Assembly: GCA_030704615.1 (NCBI GenBank)
Contig: CM060732.1
Location: 2,046,001-2,110,000 of the forward strand
Direction: 5' to 3'
Source of the DNA: Takakia lepidozioides
Lineage: Eukaryota > Plantae > Bryophyta
Length of the DNA: 64,000 nt
Shown here piece by piece: positions 1 through 13,265 of the stretch. The notes beneath the pieces were generated by a model, which saw nothing but the letters and a program-made list of their open reading frames with translations, did no database searches and was not told where the DNA came from. How positions within the stretch are numbered: the stretch's first letter is position 1; the number at the start of each line of letters is the position of its first letter. The translations under genes were made by a program, and so were the position numbers.

Positions 1-2290
1 CAACAACTTCGAAATGTCTAATTCTAAGTGAAAGCAAGCTTACAAAATTAAATACGATCATGACAGTGCATGAACTCACCGGAATCTTGGTAATAGTGAT
101 GTTGGAAAAGCCCAACCATCTTTTGTACGGCTTGAAAACAATTTGACTCATATAATACCGTTGGTATTTCAATATGGCTTCATCAACCTTCTCTCTTGAT
201 TGCAAAAGTGTCGCCTCATCTTGGTGAGTCTCAATTTTGTCTGAGCAACACATAAGCTCAAGGTGGGCCCTTGAAAATTTGGTAAAAGCACATAACTTCA
301 ATGTCTCATGGATTCTTTGACTGAAGGTGTGATCTTCATCACCTAGAGAACCTCCATTGATGTTGTAGTGTTGTAGAATCTCTTCTGCTGTTGGGATACA
401 TAGACCAACATTCGAGGACTTAGAGATAGCTAGATCCCATGCATCCCAATCTTTCCAAAAAGGTCGCGCCATGAGCTCAAACTGAATTCGAATATCGCCA
501 GGATTATACATGCTCATGGAAGGGTGCATAGTAACCCTACTGAGATTAGCCTCAGATGTAGTGGAACCCCTACGAAGCTCTTTTCTTTTAAAGAGCTCGT
601 TACCAATACGTCTCAACACTTCATCATTGAAAGAATCTGTATGGAGCTCAACTTTAAACATGTCAAAAGCTGACCAAAAAGCTTGGGATCCCTGTTCATC
701 CTTGTGGACATCGAGTGCTTCATATGCAGATTTAACATCACGTTCCCCCAATGCCTTGAAGTATGCCTCTTGATGTTTGATCCATGTCTCTGCCATCTTG
801 TTGAGAACTTCATCTTCAGTTGCCCATGTACAATGAGTGGGTGTTGAGGAGATTATGTCCATCTCATTAACAATCATACTAGATGAGGAGGACATACCAA
901 CATGCGTTGTTGTGATTGGCGGTGCAGGTAATGCCAGATTGTAGTGACCTTGGACATTCCCCCGTTGCACGTTCCTACATCCACCTCGAGGCGGCTCACT
1001 CATAAAATCTGAATCAGAATCTCCAAGGCTGCTAGTCGGAATATTGCCACTTGATTGTTCCATCAATCCAAACGAAGACACATCACTGTTTAATCCCGTG
1101 GTGTGCAGGGTCGTAGAAGGCCTTACCCCATTTGAACCTCTGACACGCTTTGGTACTTGTGACGTACTATCAGCTTCAATGTGAGATGTTGTCATACCAT
1201 AAGGCCTTTGGACCCTTCGAACATCTTGGGGCACTTGGGTGACATGAACATCTTGAACTTGTGATGGGGCCATATGAAAAGGTTCACCATCGTTTGATGA
1301 GGACAGAGATTGAGAATCTTCAATCTCCATAGGTCTGATCTGTGCACTACCACATCGCCATCCATGGGCATTGGACCTTCTTTCATTGTCAACCTCCCTA
1401 CACCTTCTATCCCTCTTCTTAGGTGGATTTCTTAGGAATTGTTGATAAGCAACAATTCCATCACTTGGGACTGTGCTTACATCAGGAACATATGAAACCT
1501 CGCTGCTATCAGGGATGTAAACAACAAATGTTGTTGCTGGCAATCGGCCCCATAGAGCCCCACGTTTTCGAATCAATGGCTCGAGAAAATATTTGCCTGT
1601 TGCTCTCCTGGTCCGTTTGAAAAAACACCCTGTCACACGTGGTGTAGGTGTTTGACGATGAGGCTCAAGTTGTGCAAAGTGGGCAGCAATCTGAAACTCC
1701 ACTGTTCCAAGACAGAATGGCTCGGGATAGATTTGCCCACCCCACTGAAGGTTTGCTTTGAGAGAGACCAAAACAACTGGGTTGTCTGGAACCCAGTTGG
1801 AAATCAATGGCGTTAAAGCCTCACGATAGGTTGACCACTCTGTTGACCTTGGAAGCATATGGATGCGCCGTTGAATATCTTTGGGAGGCACATTAGAAGA
1901 TGCTTGAGGCTGTCTTCTTCGTTGTGTTCTCGACTCGCAAATGTTTCGAGGAACAGAAACATTCAAGTCATTGACAGTGCCAATTTCAGTAGGTCCACAA
2001 AGACTTGGTACATTTGCCATACCTTGGACGTCGTGACCTTGGCCTTGGGGTGGTGCTGGTACATTTGATCTTGAAGAAGATCCAAATCTGGGTGGATATG
2101 CAAAACGCTCACCTTGCTGTCGAATATGCCCTACAAATGCACTTACTCGACGCGGGATTTGTGGCAAGTTTTGTACTAAAGAATCCTCATTGTTTTGTGA
2201 TGCACAACCAGGGTCAATATCCTGCAAGTGGTGCGTCCAGTCTTCATCTTGTTTGGACATTTCTATATCGTGCACGCATTTGTGAACCTG
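1..2290 (-). CDS. Large exon of the HECT E3 ligase-like gene, left copy (continues off the window)
   Basis: Mirror of 50706-52979. It has one extra base near 159 (minus strand aaa tac caa cgg tat tat atg agt, KYQRYYMSQIVFKP), which joins the two frames that are split at 52832 in the right copy. The frame therefore appears to run off the window without a stop, which would explain its absence from the ORF track. Confidence 0.7.
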
Positions 2291-2369
2291 CCAAAAAAGT
2301 AAGAATTGAGATCCATTGAGATCTGTTGCATTCCAAAGAAACTAAGTCAAAATTAGTCTATATGTAGGT

Positions 2370-2610
2370 AGAGGTATCGTCATGAGGTAGTTTCCCTGTT
2401 TGGTATACCTATAGAGGTATAGCGTTTGATTTACAAATAAATTTTGCTAAATCAGTGTATATTTATGTGGAGGTATTGTCATGAGGTAGTAGCCCTGATT
2501 AGTATACCAATAGAGGTATAACGCTTGATTTACAAAGAAACTTAGCTATATATGCTAGTAGAGGTATCGTCATTATGTAGTAGTGATCCTCTTTGGTATA
2601 CCTATAGAGG
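2370..2610. repeat. Three degenerate ~95-bp tandem units (gaggtatcgtcatgaggtagt...tggtatacctatagagg), mirrored at ~50370-50620
   Basis: Units are visible at ~2368, ~2467 and ~2557, probably within an intron. Confidence 0.7.
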
Positions 2611-4119
2611 TTGGTGCATTTGTGAGTTGAGATCCATTAAACAATGGGAATTTTTGGAATTCCCTACACGTTGTGAGGAATTGGCAGGGTTTTGTCACCA
2701 ATGCTCAAGTGTCACACGGTTAGCAGTCTTCCATTGTGTGCTGGCTTAATTCTTCAGTAACCTACTTGAGCTCTAAACTTCTGAAAAAAACACCCGGATT
2801 GGCTTACTTGAGGTATACAATATGCTTGTCATTTTTCAGAGAGCGCCGGCAGTCTGAATGAAGATACTGTAACTATGATATATAAGAAACGATAGTGTAG
2901 AGAAATTCCCTGGCAGTGGGCTTCAGTTACAAGGAATAAATTGACTAGCATTCTACCTGCATGAGGCACTCCATCGCCAAGCAATGTTTGGGTTTCTTAG
3001 ACTGGGGGTTACATTGTGACGCACTCCTGTGGTCGCAACAAACTTCTGCTTTCTCTTTCCTTCTTTCCCCTCTCGTTGACATAGAAAATTGAGAGAGGTT
3101 ATGGTATGGGAGAAGAGAGAGGGGATGCAATTGACATCATGATGAGTTGAAGGGGGAGCAGAGGGAAGTGGTAAATTCGCAGAGAAGCACAGAGGTCCCG
3201 GGAGACTTACTTTTGTAGTTGCAGCGTGAAGTGAAAGCCAGGGTGGGTAGTATGGCTGTCGATGAGTTCAGGCGAGTTATGCTAGTGAGACACCTTCCCT
3301 GAAATGCCTTTGTTGGTGTGTGTGCAACAGATATGGACCAAGAATTATCACTTGGCTTCACTCGCTGAAAAGAACACGAGAGAAGTCTCCTTCCTTATGC
3401 TTCCATCACCCAGGAAGTGAGTTGCTGACTTCCTTGGAGAAACAATGGTATCATCGATGAAGTGATTTCGATTCAATTTTGTTGCTGTCATTATGGCGCG
3501 ATCTCCTAAACTTCTAGCGCGTGTTCCGTTTGTTCACTTTCAATAATGGGCTTCATGGTGGTTATCTTTTTAGGTTCTTAACAGGCTTATTAGCATATTA
3601 ATGGGCTTTCAATAATGGGCTCCATTCCCCTTCTAACATCTTCAAAATAACCATAATAACGGTAATTTGGTGTGTTAAGTTGTCCCTAATACCCATCCAA
3701 AATTATGTTATGTATTTCCATCTATTTCCACCCTTTTTATTTTGCCAACTTAACCTTAGGTGAGATTTCAACCCACAATGCAGATTTGTGCTTGCTGGTC
3801 TTGCATCGAGGAGATATGACGGAGCGGCATATTGTTGGCGAGACAGATGCAATTGTAAGTCCATTGCTATGCGAACTTCAGGAATTGACAAGGTCTTGTT
3901 TTGATTATGTTCTGGATGTAATGTTTGGGACTGAGCTTCGGGGAATCCTTGCACTTCCTCTCTTTTCTCCCGGTCTGGTTTCCTTCTTGTACTATTTTAT
4001 CCTCATCTCTGCAGTTTTCTATACCTTTATCTTCTATGTATTGACATTTGATTGAAATTGTAGACCAGCAAGCCAGGAGAGCAAGGATGGGCTCTCTCCT
4101 TTCTAATCAGCATGTGTTT

Positions 4120-4670
4120 GGCAGAAATTACGACATCTTTTGACCTGGACTGCCTTGCATATTCAAAGATTAAGCTAGCATCGAAACCTATCCTTACTTC
4201 CAGCGTGAATCATTGGTGAATTTCTACCAGAAGCATGGGATTGCTGTCACTGCCCACACGCCATTGGGTGGTGGGGTTTGATAACACGGAATTTGTTGGG
4301 CACCGTTTCGTGTCTTGATGACGCTGTTCTCCAGGTTTGCATCTTCCCTAAGTGCTCCTTATGAATTATTGACTTCAGTTGTGATTCACTACTCTATGTA
4401 AGGCGTGATCTCTCGCTTCCCTCTCTCTCTCACCACACTATAAACACACTACATGGATTGCCAAGAAAGTACAACAAGACACCGGCACAAATTGCGATGC
4501 ACTGGGGCATTGAGCACAAGACAATTGTCATTCCTAAGTCAGACAATTGGAGAGATTGAAGTAGAACCTTCATGTCTTTGACTTTGAGTTGACCGATGAT
4601 GATATCAAGCCCTTGACAAAAGCCTGCGCACCAACGACCCTGAGAAATTTTTGTGTATCAATCTCTTCTG
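4120..4670 (+). pseudogene. Aldo-keto reductase (sorbitol-6-P dehydrogenase / mannose-6-P reductase type), 3' fragment with intron
   Basis: Manual translation gives NYDIFLT.DCLAYSKIK..IETYPYFQRESLVNFYQKHGIAVTAHTPLGGG, GTVSCLDDAVLQ|intron|KYNKTPAQIAMHWGIEHKTIVIPKSD.LERLK*NLHVFDFELTDDDIK. It contains frameshifts and a stop. Confidence 0.88.
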
Positions 4671-5249
4671 AGGATGAGTTTGACTGGTGGGTGTTGCTTA
4701 CAATCTAAATATGTTTGCATGTTTCATCTGCACCTTGAGACACTAACCAATTTCATACTGCCAAGCCCTTATAGTGCCAAATATGGCTATGTACATATAC
4801 CAAACATGATACCACTGTAAGAGTATCAACGTCTAAGAGTTGATATATTAAACTCTCTATCGAACACACAGCCCAATTGCAACATGATACCTTTGTAAGG
4901 GTATCGAAACAAGATTATTATTGATAATTCTCGAAATGAACATGTCATTTGTTTTCTCTGGGGTTGTGTCATGGGGGCCAGATACTACCAGGGGACTACA
5001 TAGTATGCCAGGGACTACATGATGTGCGGGCTGTGGCTGGTAGTCCCTTTCAAGAAAGGGCAGAGGCAATGAAATGTTGGAGCAACACATACAGATGTGG
5101 TATCAAGAGAATTATCAATGAATGTCACAATCTATAAGAAGGTCCACAACAACAAGCTAAACCATAAAGAAAAACAAACACCCTACCCCAGTACCATATG
5201 AAAAAAAAAAAACTAAGAACCCCCAAAGGCCCTAAACCTAAACTAGAAA

Positions 5250-5856
5250 GCCCTGCAGTTGCTGCCTGCGATGCGTTTTTTTGATTTATGAGGCTGGGGG
5301 TCACAAACGGCGACAGCCAACCGTCGCCAACTGCAACCTTTTTTTTGTTTTGAAATAATGGATTTATGAGGCCGGGGGTCGCAATCAGTGACGGCCAGCC
5401 GTCGCAAAATGTGACATGTTTTTTTTGTTTGAAAGAATAGGGCAGCCGGGCTGTTTGCGACGCCCGGCCGTCGGAGGGGCCTTTTGCCCTTCATGCCACC
5501 ATGCAACGGCCGGGCGTCGCACAAAAGGGCTCTGATGAAAGAAAGGGCAAGAAATGGCTGTTTTTTTTTTTCAGCATCGACGACCGGCCGTTGCCAGAAA
5601 GGGCTGCCTTCTCCCTTTGCTTGGGGACAACGCTCGGGGGCGTCGCACGGAAGGGCTGCCTGCAACCCTTTAATCCGCCTGTGCGACAGCCAAGCGTCGC
5701 CGCCAGGTGGCGACCCGCGGGGTTTGGCTGCGACGGCCCGGCGTCGCAAACACGCTCCGCAGGATTGGCGTCGCACGCTCGGCACCGCGCGCGGGGCGTG
5801 GGGGCGCGGCTGGTGTCGCAAACCCCCCCCCCCCCCCCCCCCCATTTGCTATAGTG
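5250..5856 (-). mobile_element. CACTA terminus with CpG-rich subterminal repeats (left-arm copy)
   Basis: ...catttgctaTAGTG ends at 5856 (reverse complement CACTATAGCAAATGGG). It is preceded by many GCGACG/CGTCGC motifs in both orientations. Confidence 0.8.
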
Positions 5857-6549
5857 ATGGGACTTAAAGCCCCCGCTCTGCGATGCCTGGACATCGCAGA
5901 TGGGGTCTATTCTGCCTAGGGGACTGGCGACGCCCGGAATCGCCATGACGTCGCTGCCATCTGGGGACGTTGCTGCCATCTGGGGGCGTCGCTAGACCCC
6001 CATGGGTAGGGATGTTCTCTGGCGACGCCCGGGAATCGCACGGACGTCGCAGCCCTCGGGGCAGTTGCTAGCTCCATGGGAGGGCACGTTCTTATGCGAC
6101 TCCCTGGAGTCGCAACAACGTCGCAGCCCCTGGGCGACGTCGCTAGCTCGATGTTGGCGTGGTTCTGTTGCGACTGCTGGGAATCGCAAGAGCGTCGCTG
6201 GGTGGGAGGGTAGCCAGCTGGTATTGGGGTGGGGTTTTGGGGTTTTTTTTTTGTTTGGGGGGGGGAGGGTGTGGGGTTTTCTTGGGGGTTGGGTGTGCCT
6301 CATGCTTGCAAGAATTGCATGCATTCTAATCTATAGGTCGACACACCAAATCCAGATGTCCATTAAGGTTAGAATGAGGATCGAAATGGCAACTGAAAAA
6401 TATATACATAAAGCGAGTATTACCTATACATGTCACTAACTGGGAACCATCCCTCACTCCTCATCACGTGAGTCATAGGTGTATTCGTCTGAGGAATGCA
6501 AGCTATGCTGGGCCTCCAATTTGGAGGATGAGGCCGAGTCCGAGATTAC

Positions 6550-9522
6550 ATCATCCTCGACCACCCCTACCCCCCTACTACCAGCTCTCCCCCATCCGGC
6601 CGAGCCACTGAACTACCCATCCCCACCCCTACAGATGCACTATCCTCCGTCAATTGTGGCGTCTTGGCCATTGAGGCTACAAGGGCCTTCCACCCCTGAG
6701 TCTTGCAAAAGTTGTGCGGAGGGAGGCCTTTGAAACTTCTTTTTCTGCACGTGACATACAAATGCAATGACAGGTCAGAATTCATAATGGAAGGGAGAAG
6801 CTAAAAAAGAAGAATGGGTATGACAAGAGAAAGAACACTTACGAATCGGGTGACAAAACTCTTGCTTCCGCCGGGGCCCCCCTTGTGTGTTGATTCAGCA
6901 CACTTCTCGAGGCAGGCTGCAGTTGCCGCCCGTCCCCTTGCGAAGATCTCCGATTTCAGCTCTTCCCTCTCCCCTGCGATGAGAGCCTCCCAAGATTCCT
7001 GTCCAGCCCCAACAAAGACACTATAAATGTTAATGAACTCCATACCGCAATGAACATGCATTCAAAGACGCCAATGACAAGTGAAGTGCGTCTTACCTTG
7101 GTTATTCCATGTGGCATGGTCGTTGGTTCGACCCCCGCCTTTAGTGCCTTGCGAATGGTTTGTCGTGCACGGTACCCTCTTGTCCTTGAGGTTCTTTCCA
7201 CCAGCTCCAAGAGCTTCCCCTCATTCCACTCACCCGGAAATTTCCCTCAAGTGCTTGCACGAATGCTCGCCTATGGCGATGTGATTGGCGTGGCCAATCA
7301 ATATGCCAAGGGAACCACCTCGCCGCCAAGTCAAATGCTACTTTTTTCATGGCCTCCCAATACTCACCAATGGGGTCACCGACCTTATTGGTCTCTAAGG
7401 GGGGCACCTTCATCTTTGGCAAATCAAGGTTGCGGGGACCCGAGGTATTTACCAGTGTTGGCCGGGTATGGCATCTAGACATGCATACCCGGCGGTTATT
7501 TGCCGGTTATGCACATATGCATACCTGGAAAGTGCAGCCCCCGGAGAACCGGCTATGGAAGGGAACCGGCTAAAGACATCCAGCTTCCTAACCGGCTAGA
7601 GAACCGGCATTGTGATTGTAAGGGTGTTATACCCGGAGCAGGATCCGGAGCAAATGGGGATGGCATAAGGCGGTTCTAGATAATATAGGTATAGGGGTTG
7701 GTGATGGTAGGGTGATGGTAGTTAAGATTATTGCTGGACAGATCCTGGTTATGTCTTACTAGTAACTATACGTTTACAATGGTTGGAAGATTAGGTGCAC
7801 AACATTGAGGATGTCCAAGTAAATAGGAAATTAATTAGTTGGGCATTTGGCTAAACAATAGTTATAAACTTAGTGTATTACATGGGCAGCCTGAAGGCAG
7901 AGAGATAGATGATAGGGGTTGAACGTTTGAACCCGAGACCCACAGGCCAATTCACGAGTGGCTTACCACCAGGCCGCAACCCTCTTGTGTACTTTTTCAC
8001 ACACACACAAAAATGCTAGAGAAAGTAAAATGTAAAAATGGATGAATCCCATAACCGGTACCATGGAACCGGCAATTTTTAAGATGGCATAACCGGTAGA
8101 TTGAGAACCGGACAAGAAAAAATTCATGTGTTTAATGAGAACCTGTAATTGAGATGTTTTTCAAACCTATTGATATACCCACCCTGCCCCGGCCATCCAT
8201 TTTTTTCAAGGAGTAGGCCATAACCGGGACCGGAAGAGGGCTCAAAACATGGTACCCCACCCCTCCACACTGGTCTTTACCTCGTCCACGCTCTTCTGAA
8301 CCTACCTACCTCTCCTTGTCTTTTGTTGCCCCGCTAATGCCCTCCACCGGCTGCACGCCTCATCTGAACTAGCTCCCCCTTGTCTTTTGTTCCCCCACTA
8401 GTACCCTCCCCCGGCTGCCCCTCTCTCCTTCTACGCCTCTTTCTCTTACGCTCCCTCTCCTGGGCCTGTCCTTTCCCCTTCCCCTCCACTACTTCCCTAC
8501 CCTCCTTGATGATTAGGGGAACCTCGAGGACACGACGTCTTTTCCTCTTCCTCTTACCATCCCCACGGGTAGGCACCACCACTGTCCCTGCTTTGTCGGT
8601 GGCAATCCACTGCTACCACAATCTTAGCCACGAAGGCACCAAGCTCCTGAACACAAAACCCACAAATTAGAAACAAACCATAAACCAAATGAAAGGCAAA
8701 GGAAAGACAAAAAGGTGAAGGAAAGAGGCTCACCTTTGCGTCCATGACCTATATGTTGCCCTCGGTCCCCGCTTGTGGTGCACCCCCCATAATGCCCTCT
8801 TGGAATAAGGGTGGAAGCCTATCCCATGCACCCAATAGGCTCAGAGGCGGCGCCCCAAAGTCCAGGGTCTTCTTCATTGCCCGTTCAGGCGACGGACTTC
8901 GCAAGGGGCCCTCCAAAGCCAGTGTCACCCTCTCCTCTTCCCCTCCCTTTCCCGTGCCCCCCTTATCTCCCTCTTCCCTCTTCTTGTCTTCCTCCCTCTT
9001 CCTTTCCTCCTCCTTCCACCTCATTGCAGCCTCCTTTGAAGCCTCCCTCTTCTCCCAGGAGGAGGAATACACCCCTTCTGAGCCCCCCCCTTATAGCCTT
9101 CTTGGCTGTAGAAGAAGGGAAAAGGCATTGGCGGTGGGGCTAAGATCAAGTTGCCCATACCTGGCGCCAGATCTGAGAATGCGCTTCTCCCCCGCGTAAA
9201 AGTCAGGGCCCTCCATCAGCCCGTGCGGTGGCGTCCTAGCCTGAACATTGGGTGCACCACCCTCAAGTTTAGGCTCATCCCCAGCCTCTTTCGAGGGCGT
9301 GGAGGCCTCGATGGCCTTACGGCTTGGTCCTCTCACATAGCCGCCTATAGAGCTGGTGAGTTTGGACCAAGTGGACTGTGTCACACGGCCGTCAATGACG
9401 GAAGCATTGTCAGGCTTCCCTACCTTAGCGGCAGGCAATTTCTGCTCCTTCGGCGGCGCCTTCCTTCCTTCGCTGGCACCTTCTCCTTGTCTTGGCGGCC
9501 CCTTCTCCTTGTCCTTCGCCAT
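6550..9522 (-). pseudogene. TnpA-like gene, left-arm copy
   Basis: Mirror of 43433-46400. Confidence 0.55.
7453..8272. mobile_element. Non-autonomous hAT-type element (left-arm copy)
   Basis: TIR CAGTGTTGGCCGGG, with a degenerate right end ...CACACTG. 8-bp TSD gtatttac (7445-7452) / gtctttac (8273-8280). Many AACCGG subterminal motifs. Confidence 0.85.
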
Positions 9523-10142
9523 ACTACACTAGCTTATCCCTGCCCCAAAACACTACTACCGTGTGATTTCACATGCCAAAAACAAACAAGGCCAGACCCT
9601 CCCCCTTCCCCTCTCTCCCTCTCCCTCTATCTTTATGTCCTTNNNNNNNNNNNNNNNNNNNNNNNNNNNNNNNNNNNNNNNNNNNNNNNNNNNNNNNNNN
9701 NNNNNNNNNNNNNNNNNNNNNNNNNNNNNNNNNNNNNNNNNNNNNNNNNNNNNNNNNNNNNNNNNNNNNNNNNNNNNNNNNNNNNNNNNNNNNNNNNNNN
9801 NNNNNNNNNNNNNNNNNNNNNNNNNNNNNNNNNNNNNNNNNNNNNNNNNNNNNNNNNNNNNNNNNNNNNNNNNNNNNNNNNNNNNNNNNNNNNNNNNNNN
9901 NNNNNNNNNNNNNNNNNNNNNNNNNNNNNNNNNNNNNNNNNNNNNNNNNNNNNNNNNNNNNNNNNNNNNNNNNNNNNNNNNNNNNNNNNNNNNNNNNNNN
10001 NNNNNNNNNNNNNNNNNNNNNNNNNNNNNNNNNNNNNNNNNNNNNNNNNNNNNNNNNNNNNNNNNNNNNNNNNNNNNNNNNNNNNNNNNNNNNNNNNNNN
10101 NNNNNNNNNNNNNNNNNNNNNNNNNNNNNNNNNNNNNNNNNN

Positions 10143-10700
10143 CTGCCTGTCCGGCCCCAAGCCCCACTGTTTCCCTTTCAAGAACTCGTTGTACCTGCAT
10201 TGCTGCATAATTGACCTCACAATGTCCTTCGTTGTGGCAGTGAGGATGTCCACCAGATGCGCCGCAGAGGAGGCACGCCAGGAAGAGTGCACTGATTCGG
10301 CCATGTTTGTCGTGGGCATGTCGGTGTCGGAGTCGGAGTCGAGACACATTTCCTGCACAAGCACATGTTGAGGTTACAAGCAAGTTACAAATATGGCCAA
10401 GAATAATATCCAACGGGACGCGAATTCGTGCAACTCACCTCCCGCATATAGTCGCCGAACTGGAGGAAACGATAATGCCACCATGCTAGCCAACTGACCA
10501 TTGCTCCTTCGTCTGATTTCCTTACAGCACCTGACGATGTCCACCAAGCCCGTATGCATGCAAACTGTGTCTCTGCATCATCCAAGGTGGGAGCGCGCTT
10601 CCACGCAAGGCACATGGAACGGTGCTCCTCTCTGAAATCTGGCGCCACGAGCCTGGTTGTGTACTGCGAAAGGCTCTGCAGAAAATGGAACCCACAAGAT
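10143..10700 (-). pseudogene. Mutator (MULE) transposase, C-terminal catalytic fragment
   Basis: CGFHFLQSL (C/H-region-like)...WLAWWHYRFLQFG|intron|...MPTTNMAESVHSSW (T-N-x-A-E-S-x-H catalytic-Glu motif). It runs into the gap. Confidence 0.75.
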
Positions 10701-10714
10701 CTCTCCTTGCCTTC

Positions 10715-11040
10715 CAAGTCCCAACATGCACTGGTACCTGTGTTTGGGAAAATGGCGCCGAATTTCTCTTTTTGGGGCCGAAAACTGGCTAAGTCCCAAC
10801 ATGCACTGGTACCGTGTCTGGAAAAATGGCGCCGAATTTCTCTTTTTTGGGCCGAAAACTGGCTAAGTCCGAACATGCACTGGAAAAATGGCGCCGAATT
10901 ACCTGTCATGAGGGGACCTATAGCCGCGGAATTCGGCACCATTTTTCGCCCACAGACCTATTGCCGCGAAATACGTCGCCGTTTTTTCAGGTTACGGACC
11001 CTATTACCGCGAAATTCGGCGCCATATTTGCACATGTCGC
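10715..11040. repeat. ~69-bp tandem repeats and inverted AAAATGGCGCCGAATTTC motifs adjoining the MULE fragment
   Basis: aagtcccaacatgcactgg occurs three times. aaaatggcgccgaattt lies at ~10749, 10823 and 10884, with inverted copies at ~10929 and ~11011. Confidence 0.75.
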
Positions 11041-11269
11041 TGGGAATTGGCATGAGCGGAAGACAAAATTTCATGAGCACAACTGTCAAAAGTGCAATTT
11101 TCCCTTCAAGGGGCCGAATAATATATTTGTTTTTCCTGACACATTGCATTAAATTATTGTTTTTTATTGTTTTTTATTTTCGAAATTTGTACTTCTGCTC
11201 ATGAAAACCGATTGTGTTACTACTCTGCTCATGCCGCTCATGCCGCTCATGCTCATGAAATAGCAAACC

Positions 11270-12609
11270 TCATCCACATAAAACATAAACTTTCTTCCCA
11301 ATAGGTAATGCCTGAATTTCTTGACTGCATAAATCATTGCCAGTGCTTCTCTTTCAGTTGTGCTATAGTTCCTTTCAGCACTGTTTATCAACCTGCTAGC
11401 ATAGTACACAGGTGAATCTATATTTCTTGTAACATTTTGGGCTAACACCGCTCCCAACGCTTCTCCTGAGGCATCACAGTGAACATGAAATACTACATGC
11501 CAGTGAGGGTTAATCAGCACAGGTGTAGTTATTACTGACAATGTAAGTTCCTCAAAAGCCTGTTGACATTCAGCTATCCATGCAAACACTGCATCTTTCT
11601 GAAGCTTGCTCAATGGTGCTGCTATCTGTGCATACATTTTGACAAATCTTCTGTAATAACTGGTTTGTCCAAGGAATCTCCTCAGACTTTTAACATCTAC
11701 TGGTGGTGGAGAGACTTTAATGGCCTCTGTCTTCCTAGGATCCACAAGAAGTCCCCTCTTACACACAATGTGTCCCAAAAGCACCCCTGAGTTCACACAG
11801 AAAGTACACTTCTCTGGATTCAGGCCCAGACCTCTCATCCTGCATCTGGCCAAACATAACTCCAATTTATGCAAGTGCTCATTCTTAGAGCTGTACACAC
11901 TGAAATCATCCAAGAACACTTGCATGAAATCATCCAGATACTCATGAAAAGATTCACTTATCACTCTCTGAAAGGTTGCTGGTGCATTACAAAGTCCAAA
12001 AGGCATGACTTTGTATGCATAAGCACCCCAGTCTGTGATGAAAGCTGTCTTTCCCTGGTCTTCTTCTGCCAGTTGCACTTGATTATAACCACTGAAGCCA
12101 TCCATGAATGAGTACATCTCATGGCCTGCCACAGTGTCCAATACCGCTTCTGTGAATGGCAAAGGAAAAAGATCTTTCTTCGTGCAAGCATTCAACTTCT
12201 TATAGTTCACACAAACTCTCAGTTTACCATTCTTCTTGGGAACTATCACAATGGGTGACAACCAAGTTGTATACTCTATCGGGTATATAAACTTAGCCTC
12301 AGCCAACTTCTTGATCTCTTCTCCAACCTTCTGTGCATAGTTGGGATTCATTCTGTACCTTGCCTGTTTGATTGGTACTAACCCTGGTTCCAGTTCAATC
12401 TTATGCTGACAGATCTCAAGTGGTATCCCTTTTAGATCCTCATAGCTCCAAGCAAATACATCTCTGTATTTGATGAACAAACTCTTAGATTCCTCAAAGA
12501 ATTCTGGCTCCAAATCAGCCCCTACCTTCACCATCCTTGGTTCCTCTTCAGTTCCCACATTCACTTCTCTCACCTGCTCATCAGCTGTGATTGTCCAACC
12601 AGTCACCAT
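11270..12609 (-). CDS. Gypsy reverse transcriptase-RNase H (truncated at the RNase H end)
   Basis: WLSPIVIVPKKNGKLRVCV, YSFMDGFSGYNQV, VMPFGLCNAPATFQR, FLDDFSVY, HCDASG, ERNYSTTEREALA. Confidence 0.96.
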
Positions 12610-12939
12610 TCATCCTGTAAACTCACAGTGGCTGGTTCCTCTAGGATTTCCATTTCTCCTTCTCTTTCTTCATAAAAATGTGGTGGGTAACTGCTTATTT
12701 CACCTTCAATTGGTGTTGTTGTCACTACACCAGAGCAGATACCTTTTAAACAACTTAGGCCTTCCAGCTGCATCTCTGCAACATGTTCCCACTCTGGGTG
12801 TGCAGCGAACAGGGTAGCTTCCTGCTCCTCATCCAGTCCTCCCCTCCAGTCATACTCCCTGACCCATCGAGGTCTTCTCGTAGTAGGTAATCTACTAGAT
12901 TTCTTAGTGGTAATTTGTATCTTCTGCATCCCATTATGC

Positions 12940-13265
12940 ACAGTTAGTAACTAGGAATTCCAGTCATGGAATACCCTGGCCTGTTTCAGCCACGGACGTC
13001 CCAATAATAAGGAGTAAGCCTCCATGTCTTCATCCATTTTCAACACAGTTACTGTGATTTTAAAGATCATCTTTTGAATCTATATCTTAACTCCTTTTAT
13101 CAATCCCAATGGCTGTACACTTCTTTGATCTGCCATTGTTACTGTAAATGGGGCTGGTTTCATGTTACTTAGACCAAGCTTCTGCCTTAATTGGTCTGTC
13201 ATGATATTCACTCCAGAGCCTCCATCTATCAGTACATCAGTTAGTTCTGTGCTTCCAATTCTCAA
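12940..13265 (-). pseudogene. Gypsy aspartic protease
   Basis: VLIDGGSGVNIM active-site motif, with downstream YSLLLGRPWL. Confidence 0.9.

Larger units (their letters stand above)
1..9642. repeat. Left arm of a >=9.6-kb inverted duplication (reverse complement of 43314-52979)
   Basis: Base 1 (caacaacttcgaaatgtc) pairs with 52979, and 9642 (ctttatgtcctt) pairs with 43314. The ORF track shows mirrored ORFs (e.g. 510..773+ = 52208..52471-). The arms differ by scattered SNPs, homopolymer indels and a ~40-bp indel near 2820/50120. This arm ends at an N-gap and runs off the window start. Confidence 0.97.

Noticed and set aside
5243-6439. Many overlapping Arg/Pro/Gly-rich ORFs (also 46611-47645, 41897-43400, 23811-24422)
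   Set aside because: They are stop-poor GC-rich or low-complexity subterminal repeats with no domain signal.
9556-10413. Long ORFs spanning the N-runs (also 55063-55740)
   Set aside because: These are artefacts of translating assembly gaps.
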